From a virus (lineage: Duplodnaviria; Caudoviricetes), in the IMG/VR virus record IMGVR_UViG_3300037585_004733, positions 1 to 56,444 of that record: a stretch of 56,444 bases of DNA; one strand, given 5' to 3'. Below, in pieces: positions 21,144 to 31,131 of this stretch. The position numbers and the translations under genes are program-made. The notes below the pieces were generated by a model. It was not told where the DNA came from. It did not search any database and saw nothing but the letters and a program-made list of their open reading frames with translations. Each line of letters begins with the position of its first letter. Position 1 is the first letter of the stretch.

Positions 21144-24100
21144 TGGCGTGTGAAAGAGAGCAAGCTAGAGTAAGTAATGTAATCAAGAATATTGAAGATT
21201 CTTATGAAGAATCTTTCGGACGTAACCCAGAAGATTTTGATGCTCGTGAAAATATTGCATTAGAAATTGAACTAAACAAAAATGATATACTGATAACAAA
21301 AAATGCTCTTGCTATAGAAAAAGCAAAACTTTCAAAGAAAAAAACTTACACTAGCAAAGAAAAGATTCGATTAGAAAAAGCATTAAAGAACTTTGAAAAG
21401 CTATCAAAGAGATTAGATGTAGAATTTAAAACTTATCCTTTGAAGAAAAAATTAATGATTGGCATACGAAACTTAATGCTTAATAGGCTTGAAATTAATG
21501 CTGATGAAAATACATATAGTGAATCTTTTGAGCCTGATGTATTAATTAAATCTATGAAAGATATATTAGTTAAAAGGCATATTCCGTTTAATTCATTAGA
21601 GCAACTACCAATGGCTGAAATAAATTCAATGCATAATTTTATTGCAAAGTCATTTATAAAGCAAGATAAGCTTGAACATAAGAATAAAAGAACTAGATTT
21701 TCAACTCAAATTAAAGATCCGGCTATGGCAATGTTAGATGCAGATAAAACTATGACTGCATATAGATTTATTGAGCGGTCAAAGGATTATATTGCGGATA
21801 GATATGCTCAAGCTAATAAATATCATGAAGAAATCTCAGAAATTGAAAGTTTGATAGAAAACGACGCTCATAGTGGTACCTATTACCGCGTTTCAGACAC
21901 TGCGGCAAACCCAGCGTCCAGAAAAAAAGAAAGTGTCAGGAACATGGTAGCAATGGCCTCAGATATGCTAAACGGTCAAACTAGATACTTTCAGCATCAA
22001 AATATCTATAATCCAGATGGAAGCTTAACTGCAGAGTATTTAGAAGATAAAAAAGAGTATGAAAAGAAACTAAGGCATAATCTTACCAACAAAGTTCAGA
22101 TTAAAGATGGAAGAACTATTGTTCAAGGCATCTATGATGGTGGAGATATTCAAAAATTTACAGATCCTAAAACTAAAAAAGATTTTTATTATATCTCAGT
22201 TAGAGCTGAAGATGGTAATGGACATGAATATTTTAGGGTTTATGAAGTTCCTACTAGAATGATAGAATGGGAAGGTGATACCGGAGTTAAAAAGCGTGTA
22301 CCTCAAATGATGTTTCCTGATTATATAGATACAAACGAAGAATGGAAAAAATATTTCACATCAGAAAATACTCGAGGTAATTTATTATCTGATAGAATGG
22401 ATGAAGGTTGGTACACTGCAAGTACATATGTACCATTAGAGGGAGAATATAAAGAAGCTAAGACTGGTAGATTAAAAACATTTAAAACATCAGCATGGAA
22501 TCGATTTGTTAAAGATGATACCGTAGATAATGCTAATGATCCATTGCCAGACTCTGTTAAGGATTTTGTAGTTCAGATGAGAGGTTTCTTTAAATTCGCT
22601 CATGGATCTGCGATTAGTAAATCAATATCAGCAAATAAAAAGAGAAAAAATGCTATAACCAAAGCAAAGCAAGAAGGTAGAGTAAAGTCTGAAAATATTG
22701 ATGAAGCTTTGGAAGAAATTATGGGAATAGACTTCTATAATAATGTCTTTGAAAAGGATGGTAATTTAATTACAGTTAATACTATAATGGGCCATCGAGA
22801 TTTATATCTTCCATTTAAGTTTAATATCGTAGACACCATTAATAATAATTTACGCACCCATGAACATATCGAAAGAGGTATTGAGAAGATAGAAGATAGT
22901 ATTAATGCTTTAATTGATGATCCTGATGGGGATATGAATGAAGTTATTAGATTAAATGAAGAGCTAATCAAGGAAAAGGATATACTCCAGCACTCTCAAG
23001 AAATGCTTGAAGTTATGACCGGTAAACGAAGCTCTCATGATGTTAATACCAAAATGAGTCAAGAGACTATATTTGGGTTTGCTAGACATAGAGGCGCTGC
23101 TTCAAGTCCAATAGCTAATTTCTATCCTAATTATGATGGCATAAGAAAAGATATGGATGTCTTTTATGAATATGCTGATGAGCTAGCTAAAGTTACTTCT
23201 CAAAATGAATTGAAATCAGATTTAATTGAGCCAATGATTTATACTAAGGGAGACAATACCAAACGGTATTTAATAAGTCAGTTAAAAGCTACATTTGGAC
23301 AATTAGATGCTGGTGCTGAGCTATTTTTCTTTAAATATGGAGATGAACAACTAGCAGATATATTAAGCAAAATGCCGGGAGTAAATATTAGTCCAGAAGG
23401 ATTATATTTCTTCTTAAAAAGTAATAGTGCATTAGTTAGTGGAAATTTGCTTGGGGCAGGATCTGCTATGAATAATAACTTTCAAAGATTTAGTATCTAT
23501 ATGAAAGCTAATGTTCAACTACAGCTTGCTATTGATGATTTACCTCAAGCAACTAAAGATATGATTGTTAAAAAATCTGGAACTGATGATGTAATGCAGA
23601 TGATTGGAGATGCACTGATTAGTGCTACAGGGGAGGAGCCGTCATTCTTTACTGGCATGCATACTAAAAAAGATTTAGCTTTATTGTGGCTAACGCCAAA
23701 AATGTTCTTAGCTAGGTCATTAAAGAATAATGGTTTCTGGATGAGATGGATTGAGAAGGTTATAGAACGTGGAGGTAATGATGCTAATGCTGCTGGAAGA
23801 AGAGTTTTTATGCGTGGTGTATATGATTTAGCTCATGGATTAGCCGAAGGAAGTGTTAACAAGAAAACAGAAAAGGCAATCATTAGTAAACTTAAAAGAG
23901 TCATGACTACTGATATGATTAATACATTCTTGCATTGGGGATTACGTGGTGGTTGGATGTATAATATATTTAAAAGAACTAATTTAGGTAAATCTTTTAG
24001 TTTTATGGAATCTGAAGGAGAAATGCGTAAGGAATCATCTGTAATGGGAGCTTTAATGACTGTAGCTCAGCTTAAGAATGAAGCAGGATGGAAAGAGTGG

Positions 24101-24829
24101 GAAAGAGAGGAAGGAAAATCTAGATATGAGCATCCAGAGGTTCTTGCTGGCGCAAGAAATCTTACTAATGCTACTATGTTTGGTATGTCACAACAGTTTC
24201 AACCTCTATTTTTACGTGGAGCTATGGGACAAACTTTATTTAAATTTTGGAATTATACTCGTGCAGAGGCTGCTTTAGAATGGAATACTTGGAGATCTTA
24301 TCGAGATAGCTTGCAGAAACTCCCATTAAATGAACGTAAAAGAATATACGGTCAGATCTTTACAAATGATGTAGAAAGCATGCATCCATCTATGCAAGGT
24401 TGGGCTAAAATGTTAAGAACAAGAGTTTTAGTGTCAACGGCTGTTATAGCCGGCCAAATATACTTACCTATTTTTACAGAAGCAAGTAAATGGGGGATGA
24501 AATTAGGTGGGAAAATGTTAGGGACATCATTTGGAAGTATACGTCGTGGTGGTAGTTCTATTGTGGCTGATACAGCATTCAGAGGTATAGGTCTTATACT
24601 TAAATCATTTGCAATATATGGCAATGATAAAGATGATGACGAATATTATCGAGAATCAATGCGATATTTTCTTCCTATATATATGAATATGGTAATAGAT
24701 ACATTATGGAGAGTATTCCTATCAAATGATGAATATTCATTAAGTGAAATATTCTCAAATAATGTTACTATATATAATAAGGGATTTGGGAATCTAGTTA
24801 AAGAAGTTGACGGGCTCTTTAGTGAGTAG
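21143..24829 (+). CDS. Large internal virion/ejection protein C
   Basis: 1228 aa; C-terminal helical region (ARNLTNATMF...GQTLFKFWNY) of the kind seen in large ejected proteins; single Cys at residue 3. Confidence 0.65.
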   Translation: MACEREQARVSNVIKNIEDSYEESFGRNPEDFDARENIALEIELNKNDILITKNALAIEKAKLSKKKTYTSKEKIRLEKALKNFEKLSKRLDVEFKTYPLKKKLMIGIRNLMLNRLEINADENTYSESFEPDVLIKSMKDILVKRHIPFNSLEQLPMAEINSMHNFIAKSFIKQDKLEHKNKRTRFSTQIKDPAMAMLDADKTMTAYRFIERSKDYIADRYAQANKYHEEISEIESLIENDAHSGTYYRVSDTAANPASRKKESVRNMVAMASDMLNGQTRYFQHQNIYNPDGSLTAEYLEDKKEYEKKLRHNLTNKVQIKDGRTIVQGIYDGGDIQKFTDPKTKKDFYYISVRAEDGNGHEYFRVYEVPTRMIEWEGDTGVKKRVPQMMFPDYIDTNEEWKKYFTSENTRGNLLSDRMDEGWYTASTYVPLEGEYKEAKTGRLKTFKTSAWNRFVKDDTVDNANDPLPDSVKDFVVQMRGFFKFAHGSAISKSISANKKRKNAITKAKQEGRVKSENIDEALEEIMGIDFYNNVFEKDGNLITVNTIMGHRDLYLPFKFNIVDTINNNLRTHEHIERGIEKIEDSINALIDDPDGDMNEVIRLNEELIKEKDILQHSQEMLEVMTGKRSSHDVNTKMSQETIFGFARHRGAASSPIANFYPNYDGIRKDMDVFYEYADELAKVTSQNELKSDLIEPMIYTKGDNTKRYLISQLKATFGQLDAGAELFFFKYGDEQLADILSKMPGVNISPEGLYFFLKSNSALVSGNLLGAGSAMNNNFQRFSIYMKANVQLQLAIDDLPQATKDMIVKKSGTDDVMQMIGDALISATGEEPSFFTGMHTKKDLALLWLTPKMFLARSLKNNGFWMRWIEKVIERGGNDANAAGRRVFMRGVYDLAHGLAEGSVNKKTEKAIISKLKRVMTTDMINTFLHWGLRGGWMYNIFKRTNLGKSFSFMESEGEMRKESSVMGALMTVAQLKNEAGWKEWEREEGKSRYEHPEVLAGARNLTNATMFGMSQQFQPLFLRGAMGQTLFKFWNYTRAEAALEWNTWRSYRDSLQKLPLNERKRIYGQIFTNDVESMHPSMQGWAKMLRTRVLVSTAVIAGQIYLPIFTEASKWGMKLGGKMLGTSFGSIRRGGSSIVADTAFRGIGLILKSFAIYGNDKDDDEYYRESMRYFLPIYMNMVIDTLWRVFLSNDEYSLSEIFSNNVTIYNKGFGNLVKEVDGLFSE

Positions 24830-24937
24830 CTCCGGATGTTCTTCATATAAATTAATTAAGCGCTCTAGTTTTTTTAGAGCGTTTTTTATTGCTATTAGTT
24901 CTTTTTTTATGTCTTTTATTGGTCTATTGTTTGTCAC
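24794..24937 (-). CDS. Small coiled-coil protein (47 aa)
   Basis: Manual translation from GTG: MTNNRPIKDIKKELIAIKNALKKLERLINLYEEHPELLTKEPVNFFN; GGAG RBS. Confidence 0.45.
   Translation of the reverse strand: MTNNRPIKDIKKELIAIKNALKKLERLINLYEEHPELLTKEPVNFFN
24861..24887 (+). terminator. Intrinsic terminator where the two genome arms converge
   Basis: CGCTCTA-loop-TAGAGCG hairpin followed by T6. Confidence 0.65.
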
Positions 24938-25271
24938 CGATTAACTCCAAGAAATGATTAACGTCTAATGCAACATAGGTTTTACTTCTATTTCGTTTAA
25001 ATACAAGCACAGGCTCCCTTCCGCTGCAATTATCTTCAGCCTGTTCCAAAGAAGCCCATAAATCTAAGCGCTCTTTGTTTTTACATTCAAAACTGTAGCC
25101 TATCACATCTTGAGCTGCAGGGGAAAGAACTATGTCTTCCCCACACATACCCATTGTTTGTGACTTGATGTCATCATCGCGCAAAGCTGGAAAAGCCTCC
25201 TTTAACTTGTCTCTCAAAAAGTTTTGGAGTCTTCTCCCTTTTGCTTTGGCGCTCTTTACGTTACTCATCAT
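24924..25271 (-). CDS. Holliday junction resolvase, PD-(D/E)xK (Hjc-like)
   Basis: KAKGRRLQ...GEDI...FECKNKE...EQA...PVLVFKRNR. Confidence 0.85.
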   Translation of the reverse strand: MMSNVKSAKAKGRRLQNFLRDKLKEAFPALRDDDIKSQTMGMCGEDIVLSPAAQDVIGYSFECKNKERLDLWASLEQAEDNCSGREPVLVFKRNRSKTYVALDVNHFLELIGDKQ

Positions 25272-25500
25272 CCTCTTGGGATAAATCTATTATTTTTGTA
25301 TTAGATCGTCTTGATCTTATATAGAATTTTGCTTGATCCCATATTGATGACATTTTCTTTTCATCAATGTCATATGGATTAAGCTCTAATATTGCTTTTG
25401 CAAGCTTTTCACCTTCTTTCATTTTAAGATAATAATATCTCTGTGTAGGACCGTGAATATCACCGCCTTTAAAATCTGGATCAATATCTTCTATATTCAT
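25261..25500 (-). CDS. Hypothetical protein
   Basis: ORF tiles within the operon. Confidence 0.6.
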   Translation of the reverse strand: MNIEDIDPDFKGGDIHGPTQRYYYLKMKEGEKLAKAILELNPYDIDEKKMSSIWDQAKFYIRSRRSNTKIIDLSQEDDE

Positions 25501-25754
25501 TCTTTAGGTTCCTTTATCCTATTTATAGCGTTTTTAATTATTATATTTAACTCTTCCGGAGAAGGTAATATAGCCTTAAGTTTATCTTTTACTCTAGCTT
25601 TTTCTTTTTCTATGTCAGCATATCCCAACACCCATTCTAATGCTTCTATCCATCCTTGATTATTAGCCCAATCAGTTTCACTCATAGGCATAGTTCCATC
25701 ACGAGCATCATATTCTTTTTGCAATAATTCTTCTATTGTCTCCTTATTCTTCAT
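25497..25754 (-). CDS. Hypothetical protein (GWIEALEWVL motif)
   Basis: Likely start MKNKETIEELL at 25754. Confidence 0.6.
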   Translation of the reverse strand: MKNKETIEELLQKEYDARDGTMPMSETDWANNQGWIEALEWVLGYADIEKEKARVKDKLKAILPSPEELNIIIKNAINRIKEPKE

Positions 25755-25971
25755 CAAAAAACCACTTTCTTTTTTTATTTTTAGGTCCAATCTCTTTAAT
25801 CGCACATTTTTTACATATTTCATATGTATATGGATCTACAAGTGCTGCTATAGCTGGATGTGGCCTGCGAATGAAAATATTCACAGGCTTTATCCAGCTT
25901 GTACCACAGCCTTTGCACTTAAAGCTGGCCTTCTTTTGATTCGGATTGCTTAGCGTTGGCAAGTTCTTCAA
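25744..25971 (-). CDS. Zinc-ribbon protein (CxxC...CxxC)
   Basis: CKGC and CKKC pairs; start uncertain. Confidence 0.55.
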   Translation of the reverse strand: MKNLPTLSNPNQKKASFKCKGCGTSWIKPVNIFIRRPHPAIAALVDPYTYEICKKCAIKEIGPKNKKRKWFFDEE

Positions 25972-26095
25972 TTATCAACTCCAATTCATTTATTTGTCTA
26001 AACAAATCAAGCATACGCTTTGAAGTTTGCTCTCTAAATACATTTATGCCATCTTTCCAGTCAGCATCTTCAGTCATTCTATCATATCCGCTCAT
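25919..26095 (-). CDS. Small hypothetical protein (58 aa)
   Basis: Manual translation MSGYDRMTEDADWKDGINVFREQTSKRMLDLFRQINELELIIEELANAKQSESKEGQL; ATGA overlap with the upstream gene. Confidence 0.6.
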   Translation of the reverse strand: MSGYDRMTEDADWKDGINVFREQTSKRMLDLFRQINELELIIEELANAKQSESKEGQL

Positions 26096-26538
26096 ACTGT
26101 TTCATCTCCCAGTGATTGATAAGATACTTCACCAGTTTCTGGGTCAAAGGCTGACTTAGGCTTACTATCTACAAATCCACTATCAGATAAAAATTCTTCC
26201 ACTCCCATAGTAGCTTCTTGATCCCATTGTACTGACATTTCACCTTCTACCATAGCCCAATACAAAGTAAGATATACAATTGCATCTTTAATGCGACCTC
26301 TAATATCTTCTCTTTGAGATGTATAGCCATTTATATGAGCCGTTATGCCATCCATATGCTTCATAAGAAATGTCATCAATACTTTATCTCTTGTAGTATT
26401 TAACTGCCTGGCTGTTCTTTCAAAGTTTGCAAAAACATTGATAGTATCATGAGCATATTCTTTCTGCCCACTATCCCTTGTTTCTTTAACTTCATCTATT
26501 ATTTTGACGAAAAGTTCATCAAATTGTGATTTGTTCAC
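26092..26538 (-). CDS. All-alpha nucleotide-modification-associated protein (DUF1599/Nmad1-like, possible dNTP pyrophosphatase fold)
   Basis: KEYA...FANFE...KH...RIKDAIVY pattern. Confidence 0.55.
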   Translation of the reverse strand: MNKSQFDELFVKIIDEVKETRDSGQKEYAHDTINVFANFERTARQLNTTRDKVLMTFLMKHMDGITAHINGYTSQREDIRGRIKDAIVYLTLYWAMVEGEMSVQWDQEATMGVEEFLSDSGFVDSKPKSAFDPETGEVSYQSLGDETV

Positions 26539-28306
26539 GTGTATTCTCCTTAAATATTCTGTTATTTTCTACTCTTAGACTTACATCTAAGTGCTCACGT
26601 TCTCTATTAGCTTCACATCTTACTCTAAGATATTCTATTAATCCTGTAGTTCTGCTCTTAGATGGAATAACTGATAATAACTTATTAGTATTATAAGCTG
26701 TTCTAAATGAGCCTTTAGCTGATGCCATATTCATATTGCCTTCATGGAATGCAGATTTAGTAATCTCACTAACAGTAAATATAATTAAATTATGTCTTAC
26801 TGCAAGTTCCATCATTGCTTGAGATGCTTCTTCTGTTTTCATATTAGGATCACGTTGTTTAGATTTAAATAAACCCATATGATCAACTACGACTATTTCC
26901 GGTTTGACTGGCAACATCATAATCCTTTTCTCTAACTCACTGGCGTAAGGACTTGAATAATCTACAGTTAGCCATTTAAAACGTTTATCCATACCATTTT
27001 GCATTTGCTGATAATGAGACTTTAAATCATCTTCAGACCATCCCATTTCAATTTGAACAAATCTAGACCATATTTGCCTTGGACTCATTTCCATTTCTAT
27101 AAAGTATGTGGGCCTTTTAAGTCCATTAACAATATTTTGTAAAAGCATTGTTTTCATACTTTTAGGAGGAGCTTGAATAACAACTACTTCTCCAGGATAA
27201 ATAGGAAAATTTTCTCCTTCAAATATAGTTCCTAGATTAAGAGGATCTCTATTTAATCTATAAAAATCAATTAATGCATTTTCCATAGATGAAGAATCCA
27301 TAACTGCCTGGTTTTTCTTAGACTTATAGAGCTTACAGGTTTCTTGGCAATGACTGTCCATGATTTTATCTCCACATCCATATCTATTACCTTGTCCACC
27401 ATGAGATTCATAAGCACTTTTAATAATACTTTCCATTTCTTTAACTGTAAATGGACTACTAGAATCATCTACTTGCTGTCTCCATTGCTCCATAACAATA
27501 CGTACAATTGATTCAGGATAAAGCCATCTAAACCATGCAGAAAGACGTAAAGCAGTAGCATGACGTTCACCTTGTGCATTACTAGATAGCATATTAGAAA
27601 TACAAGGATAATTTACTGGATCAGGATTCCTACCTTGACTAATAAATTCAGGAGTTGCCGGTTCATCCTTTTTCTCTCTTTCTAGTACATCAAAGACAGG
27701 ATTGCATTCTAAATCAAAATCATCTACATCTCCAGGCTTTGTTGCTATTAATTGCATAGTAGCTTTAATATCAGATGCATTTAATTGATTTTTTGTTATT
27801 TGACACTTCCATAATCGAGCTTTTAGATTTTTAGTATTAACAATTCTAATTAGCCTCAGTTTATCTGTTACAGACACATCTGCATATTCAAATATACCTG
27901 CATTAGTCAAAGCATCTTTTACCTTTAAATGTAAGTCTTTGCAAGGCTTCCATCGAAATGCTGCTCCTGGTATTCCAAGATGAAATCCTTTATTGCCAGA
28001 AAAATATAATCTATATGGTATATCTAAGTCATCTAATAATAACGTTAATCCAATAGTTTTTTGTCTAGCATTTTCTAAATCATCAAAATCTTTGCCATCT
28101 ATATCTAATATAAATTCATCAGGCATGTAAACTAGCCCATCAAATCCTGATAATGTTTTATTTTTAGCGAAAAAATCAGTAATGCTGTCATCAAATTCAT
28201 ATAATGACATATATGTATCTCTATCTATATTCATCCAATTGCCTATTTCACTTGTATCCTGAAAGTAATGTCTTTGTGCTAATCCAAAGGCAAATTCTTT
28301 AATCAT
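26519..28306 (-). CDS. AEP primase fused to a PriL/PriCT-like domain and a DnaB/RecA-like helicase
   Basis: LDID, FSGNKGFH and RLIR primase motifs; GERH; Walker A APPKSMKT; FIEMEM; Walker B VVVDH. Confidence 0.88.
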   Translation of the reverse strand: MIKEFAFGLAQRHYFQDTSEIGNWMNIDRDTYMSLYEFDDSITDFFAKNKTLSGFDGLVYMPDEFILDIDGKDFDDLENARQKTIGLTLLLDDLDIPYRLYFSGNKGFHLGIPGAAFRWKPCKDLHLKVKDALTNAGIFEYADVSVTDKLRLIRIVNTKNLKARLWKCQITKNQLNASDIKATMQLIATKPGDVDDFDLECNPVFDVLEREKKDEPATPEFISQGRNPDPVNYPCISNMLSSNAQGERHATALRLSAWFRWLYPESIVRIVMEQWRQQVDDSSSPFTVKEMESIIKSAYESHGGQGNRYGCGDKIMDSHCQETCKLYKSKKNQAVMDSSSMENALIDFYRLNRDPLNLGTIFEGENFPIYPGEVVVIQAPPKSMKTMLLQNIVNGLKRPTYFIEMEMSPRQIWSRFVQIEMGWSEDDLKSHYQQMQNGMDKRFKWLTVDYSSPYASELEKRIMMLPVKPEIVVVDHMGLFKSKQRDPNMKTEEASQAMMELAVRHNLIIFTVSEITKSAFHEGNMNMASAKGSFRTAYNTNKLLSVIPSKSRTTGLIEYLRVRCEANREREHLDVSLRVENNRIFKENTREQITI

Positions 28307-28323
28307 GCTATCTCCTTGTTAAA

Positions 28324-28383
28324 ATAAGAGAGAGCTTTTCCCTCTAAAAGTATTAACCTTGCAGGGCCTAAACTCTCTCTTAT
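28324..28383 (-). promoter_or_regulatory. Structured leader upstream of the primase-helicase
   Basis: 11-bp stem ATAAGAGAGAG/CTCTCTCTTAT enclosing two small hairpins. Confidence 0.55.
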
Positions 28384-28393
28384 AGTTATTTAT

Positions 28394-28912
28394 TTAGAAA
28401 GGAATATCACTTGTTTCTGTGGTAGTCTCTTCAGTAACTTCCATTTTTGGCTTAACATATTCGTTGAAATACCTTTCAGCTTTTCCTTTAAAATATGCCA
28501 CATCTTTAGCATCAAACTCTTCAACTATATTTTTAAATTCAGTTGGAGCAATTTGATTTAAGATTCTAGTAAATTTACCATTCTTATAAAAGAATGCATT
28601 TACTTCTTGTCCGGTTAACTGCTCTGGACCATCATCCATCTTAATAACAGTTTCCCCTGTAGCACTTTCTAAAGCATCAGTGATACCTGCATTTGCAAAT
28701 CTAAATAAATTTCCAATTGCAAACTCTTCTCCATCTTTACCATGCTTTTCATATATTCTCATGTTAAAGTTATCAGGATATCCATCAAACCATACATCGA
28801 TATATTTACTGTCATTATAAGTGCCATATTTTGCATTACTGACGGTTAGTTTATGCCAACCTTCAGTCCATGCACCTGTGCCTTTTTTAGGCAATGTAAA
28901 TGTTCTAGACAT
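28394..28912 (-). CDS. Single-stranded DNA-binding protein (phage type)
   Basis: EGWHKLTV N-terminus, acidic tail ending DIPF, adjacent to ERF. Confidence 0.65.
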   Translation of the reverse strand: MSRTFTLPKKGTGAWTEGWHKLTVSNAKYGTYNDSKYIDVWFDGYPDNFNMRIYEKHGKDGEEFAIGNLFRFANAGITDALESATGETVIKMDDGPEQLTGQEVNAFFYKNGKFTRILNQIAPTEFKNIVEEFDAKDVAYFKGKAERYFNEYVKPKMEVTEETTTETSDIPF

Positions 28913-28922
28913 TCTTACTCCT

Positions 28923-29429
28923 TTATTGTTTCTTATTTACTTGATCGCTAGGACGAGGAGCACGTTTAATTCCGGTATTTCCATCGTCATCTGCTTGTGC
29001 TATACCTACCATCGATGATAGTAAATATCTTCTTCCGTATGTTGTTGCAGCACCTACACCATGAGGATCTTTCTTCATGATTGGCATACGGATTTCACTT
29101 TTAATCCACTCACCTGAACTATGCATTAACATTGATGTAATATAAAAACCATTATTATCATTGTCCCATCTGTTACCTTGAACTAATGCGATTTCATGTT
29201 TATTTAATGCAGGCATTGCAGTTTCTAATACTGATGCTAATGAAGCATACTTACTATTAAAAAATGGATTAGTGCTTTTAGCTTCTACCATTGTCATCTC
29301 ACCTTGAGCTTTAGCTAATGCTCCAGCTATTTTACCAATAGTTTCTGACATTACAGGCTCAAAAGCCTCAAAATCAAAATTATCAGAGTCGAGATAGTCT
29401 TCAACAGTTTTAGTTGTTTCTTCTGACAT
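28923..29429 (-). CDS. erf: ERF-family ssDNA annealing protein
   Basis: NPFFNSKYASL, HSSGEWI, GAATTYGRRYLLSSMVGIAQADDDGN. Confidence 0.93.
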   Translation of the reverse strand: MSEETTKTVEDYLDSDNFDFEAFEPVMSETIGKIAGALAKAQGEMTMVEAKSTNPFFNSKYASLASVLETAMPALNKHEIALVQGNRWDNDNNGFYITSMLMHSSGEWIKSEIRMPIMKKDPHGVGAATTYGRRYLLSSMVGIAQADDDGNTGIKRAPRPSDQVNKKQ

Positions 29430-29455
29430 GTACTTCTCCTATTAAGGGGGTGAAA

Positions 29456-29500
29456 GAAGGGGCAATATAGACCAATAATTTTGGAAGATACTACCCCTTC
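29456..29500 (-). promoter_or_regulatory. Hairpin between E1 and ERF
   Basis: GAAGGGG/CCCCTTC stem with a large loop; followed by TTTC on the minus strand. Confidence 0.45.
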
Positions 29501-29546
29501 ATGATTTACACAGATAAGGAATACTTGTGTTAAGTGTATCTATAAA

Positions 29547-30209
29547 TTACGATACCATAACCGATTTTTCCAATAACATTGTTGGGAAATTAAATGAGAA
29601 TTGTCTGTTAAACGGTTGACCGGTTGCAAGTTTCCTTACTGCATTGGCTATAAAGCTACCACTCATTGAAGAGCAGTAAGCTGTAGCTTTTGCATTACAT
29701 GGTTCTGGACTTCCATTGGAATCAGAATACCATGTCTTTTTATACTTGGATAGAGTAGGCTTATCAAATATATATTGTTGATAATGTTCTGCTCCCATCC
29801 TTCCATCAATAAGAAATTCAGGTTTTACATGCTTATTTACACATAGAGCTTCTACAGCTTGTAGTCTTGATTCCATAGAATCAAATCCAAGAATAGCTAC
29901 ATCATTATTCCCTTGAGAATAATATTCTGTAAATCGCTCATTATATGTATACACCTGACTATTATCATTAATGGACATTATATGTCCTTCTAAGGCATCT
30001 ACTTTTGACTTATTAATATCAGCCAAAGTATATTGTGATACACCTATATTAACTGCCTCAACTTTATCCATATCATATAAACAGAATTGATCTGCACCCA
30101 TTCTGGCTAATTGTAAGGCTGCAGAGCTTCCAATAGCTCCGCAACCTAATATATGAAAAACGAATTGGTCTAAGTTATCTACTAATGCACTTGATCGTGT
30201 ATTTATCAT
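29547..30209 (-). CDS. E1-like (ThiF/MoeB-family) Ubl-activating enzyme
   Basis: ILGCGAIGS, YDMDKVEAVNI, SKVDAL, GFDSMESR, IDGRMG; candidate catalytic Cys in EPC; no CxxC pairs; likely start MINTR at 30209 (TAATG overlap). Confidence 0.92.
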   Translation of the reverse strand: MINTRSSALVDNLDQFVFHILGCGAIGSSAALQLARMGADQFCLYDMDKVEAVNIGVSQYTLADINKSKVDALEGHIMSINDNSQVYTYNERFTEYYSQGNNDVAILGFDSMESRLQAVEALCVNKHVKPEFLIDGRMGAEHYQQYIFDKPTLSKYKKTWYSDSNGSPEPCNAKATAYCSSMSGSFIANAVRKLATGQPFNRQFSFNFPTMLLEKSVMVS

Positions 30210-31111
30210 TAATAAATGCCTCCCCAAGCTACTTCATTGCTTCTATAATCTGCATAAATATCATATGCATTAGAATTACTTCTATAAACATAATCTGCAG
30301 GAGGAGCGAACATTATATCTTCATCAAGAGCCTTTTTACTTAATAAGCCAATTAAATATTCACCGGCATATTTTGTTGCCAACTCATTGTTAAGTTCAGA
30401 TACAGCTTTAGTCCAATCATTATACGATAATGTACCATCAGAATAGCTTTTATTGATTTTATCAATAGAGTCACAAGCATAATTATATTCAGTGGGCTGA
30501 ATAAATACGCTAGTTTGACGATCTTCAACGCTAGGCTTGGCATTTAATGGATAGTTTTTGGTATAAGTAGTCTTGTAAGATTTAGGTGAATAGCTAGTTA
30601 TGGCTTGTTTTGTACATAACTTTCCTACTTCCTTAAGTATAGATTTTGGTACTTTATGTTCATCAGTTATTATTTCTAATTCTACATCTTCATGACAAAC
30701 AAAAGGTTTCCATACAGATACTCTTAATTTATATTCACCTTTTAAATTAACTACCAAGGCAAAACTAAAATCACCATCAGAATATTCTTGAATAGCATTT
30801 AAATCTGTTCCAGACCAGAATGCAGACATAGTATGATGACTATGCCACCATACAAATCTAAAATTCTTATCCTTATACTTAGCTCCGGCTTTGGTATAAT
30901 AAGGAGCTAATGCTTCTTTATCTAATACACAATTCCCAGCACTGATTGCTTGTTTTAATATTACCGGATCTTTTAGATGCCAATCACCTGCTTCATCTTC
31001 GATTGCTACAAGCATACCTCCAATTTCTGATTTCTCAGTATCATAAGCTGCTTGAGAATAATTGTGTATCTTTTTCCAGTCTTTATCATCCATATAAAAT
31101 GTATTTTCCAT
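30209..31111 (-). CDS. JAB/JAMM (MPN+) metalloprotease, putative Ubl-maturing/deconjugating enzyme
   Basis: SEIGG plus HSHHTMSAFWSGTD = E...HxH-x7-S-x2-D. Confidence 0.92.
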   Translation of the reverse strand: MENTFYMDDKDWKKIHNYSQAAYDTEKSEIGGMLVAIEDEAGDWHLKDPVILKQAISAGNCVLDKEALAPYYTKAGAKYKDKNFRFVWWHSHHTMSAFWSGTDLNAIQEYSDGDFSFALVVNLKGEYKLRVSVWKPFVCHEDVELEIITDEHKVPKSILKEVGKLCTKQAITSYSPKSYKTTYTKNYPLNAKPSVEDRQTSVFIQPTEYNYACDSIDKINKSYSDGTLSYNDWTKAVSELNNELATKYAGEYLIGLLSKKALDEDIMFAPPADYVYRSNSNAYDIYADYRSNEVAWGGIY

Positions 31112-31131
31112 TTTTACTCCTTGTTTTTAGC

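Noticed and set aside
29467-29478. 12-nt complementarity (ATAGACCAATAA) between the hairpin loop and the region near 24915-24927
   Set aside because: A short AT-rich match compatible with chance.
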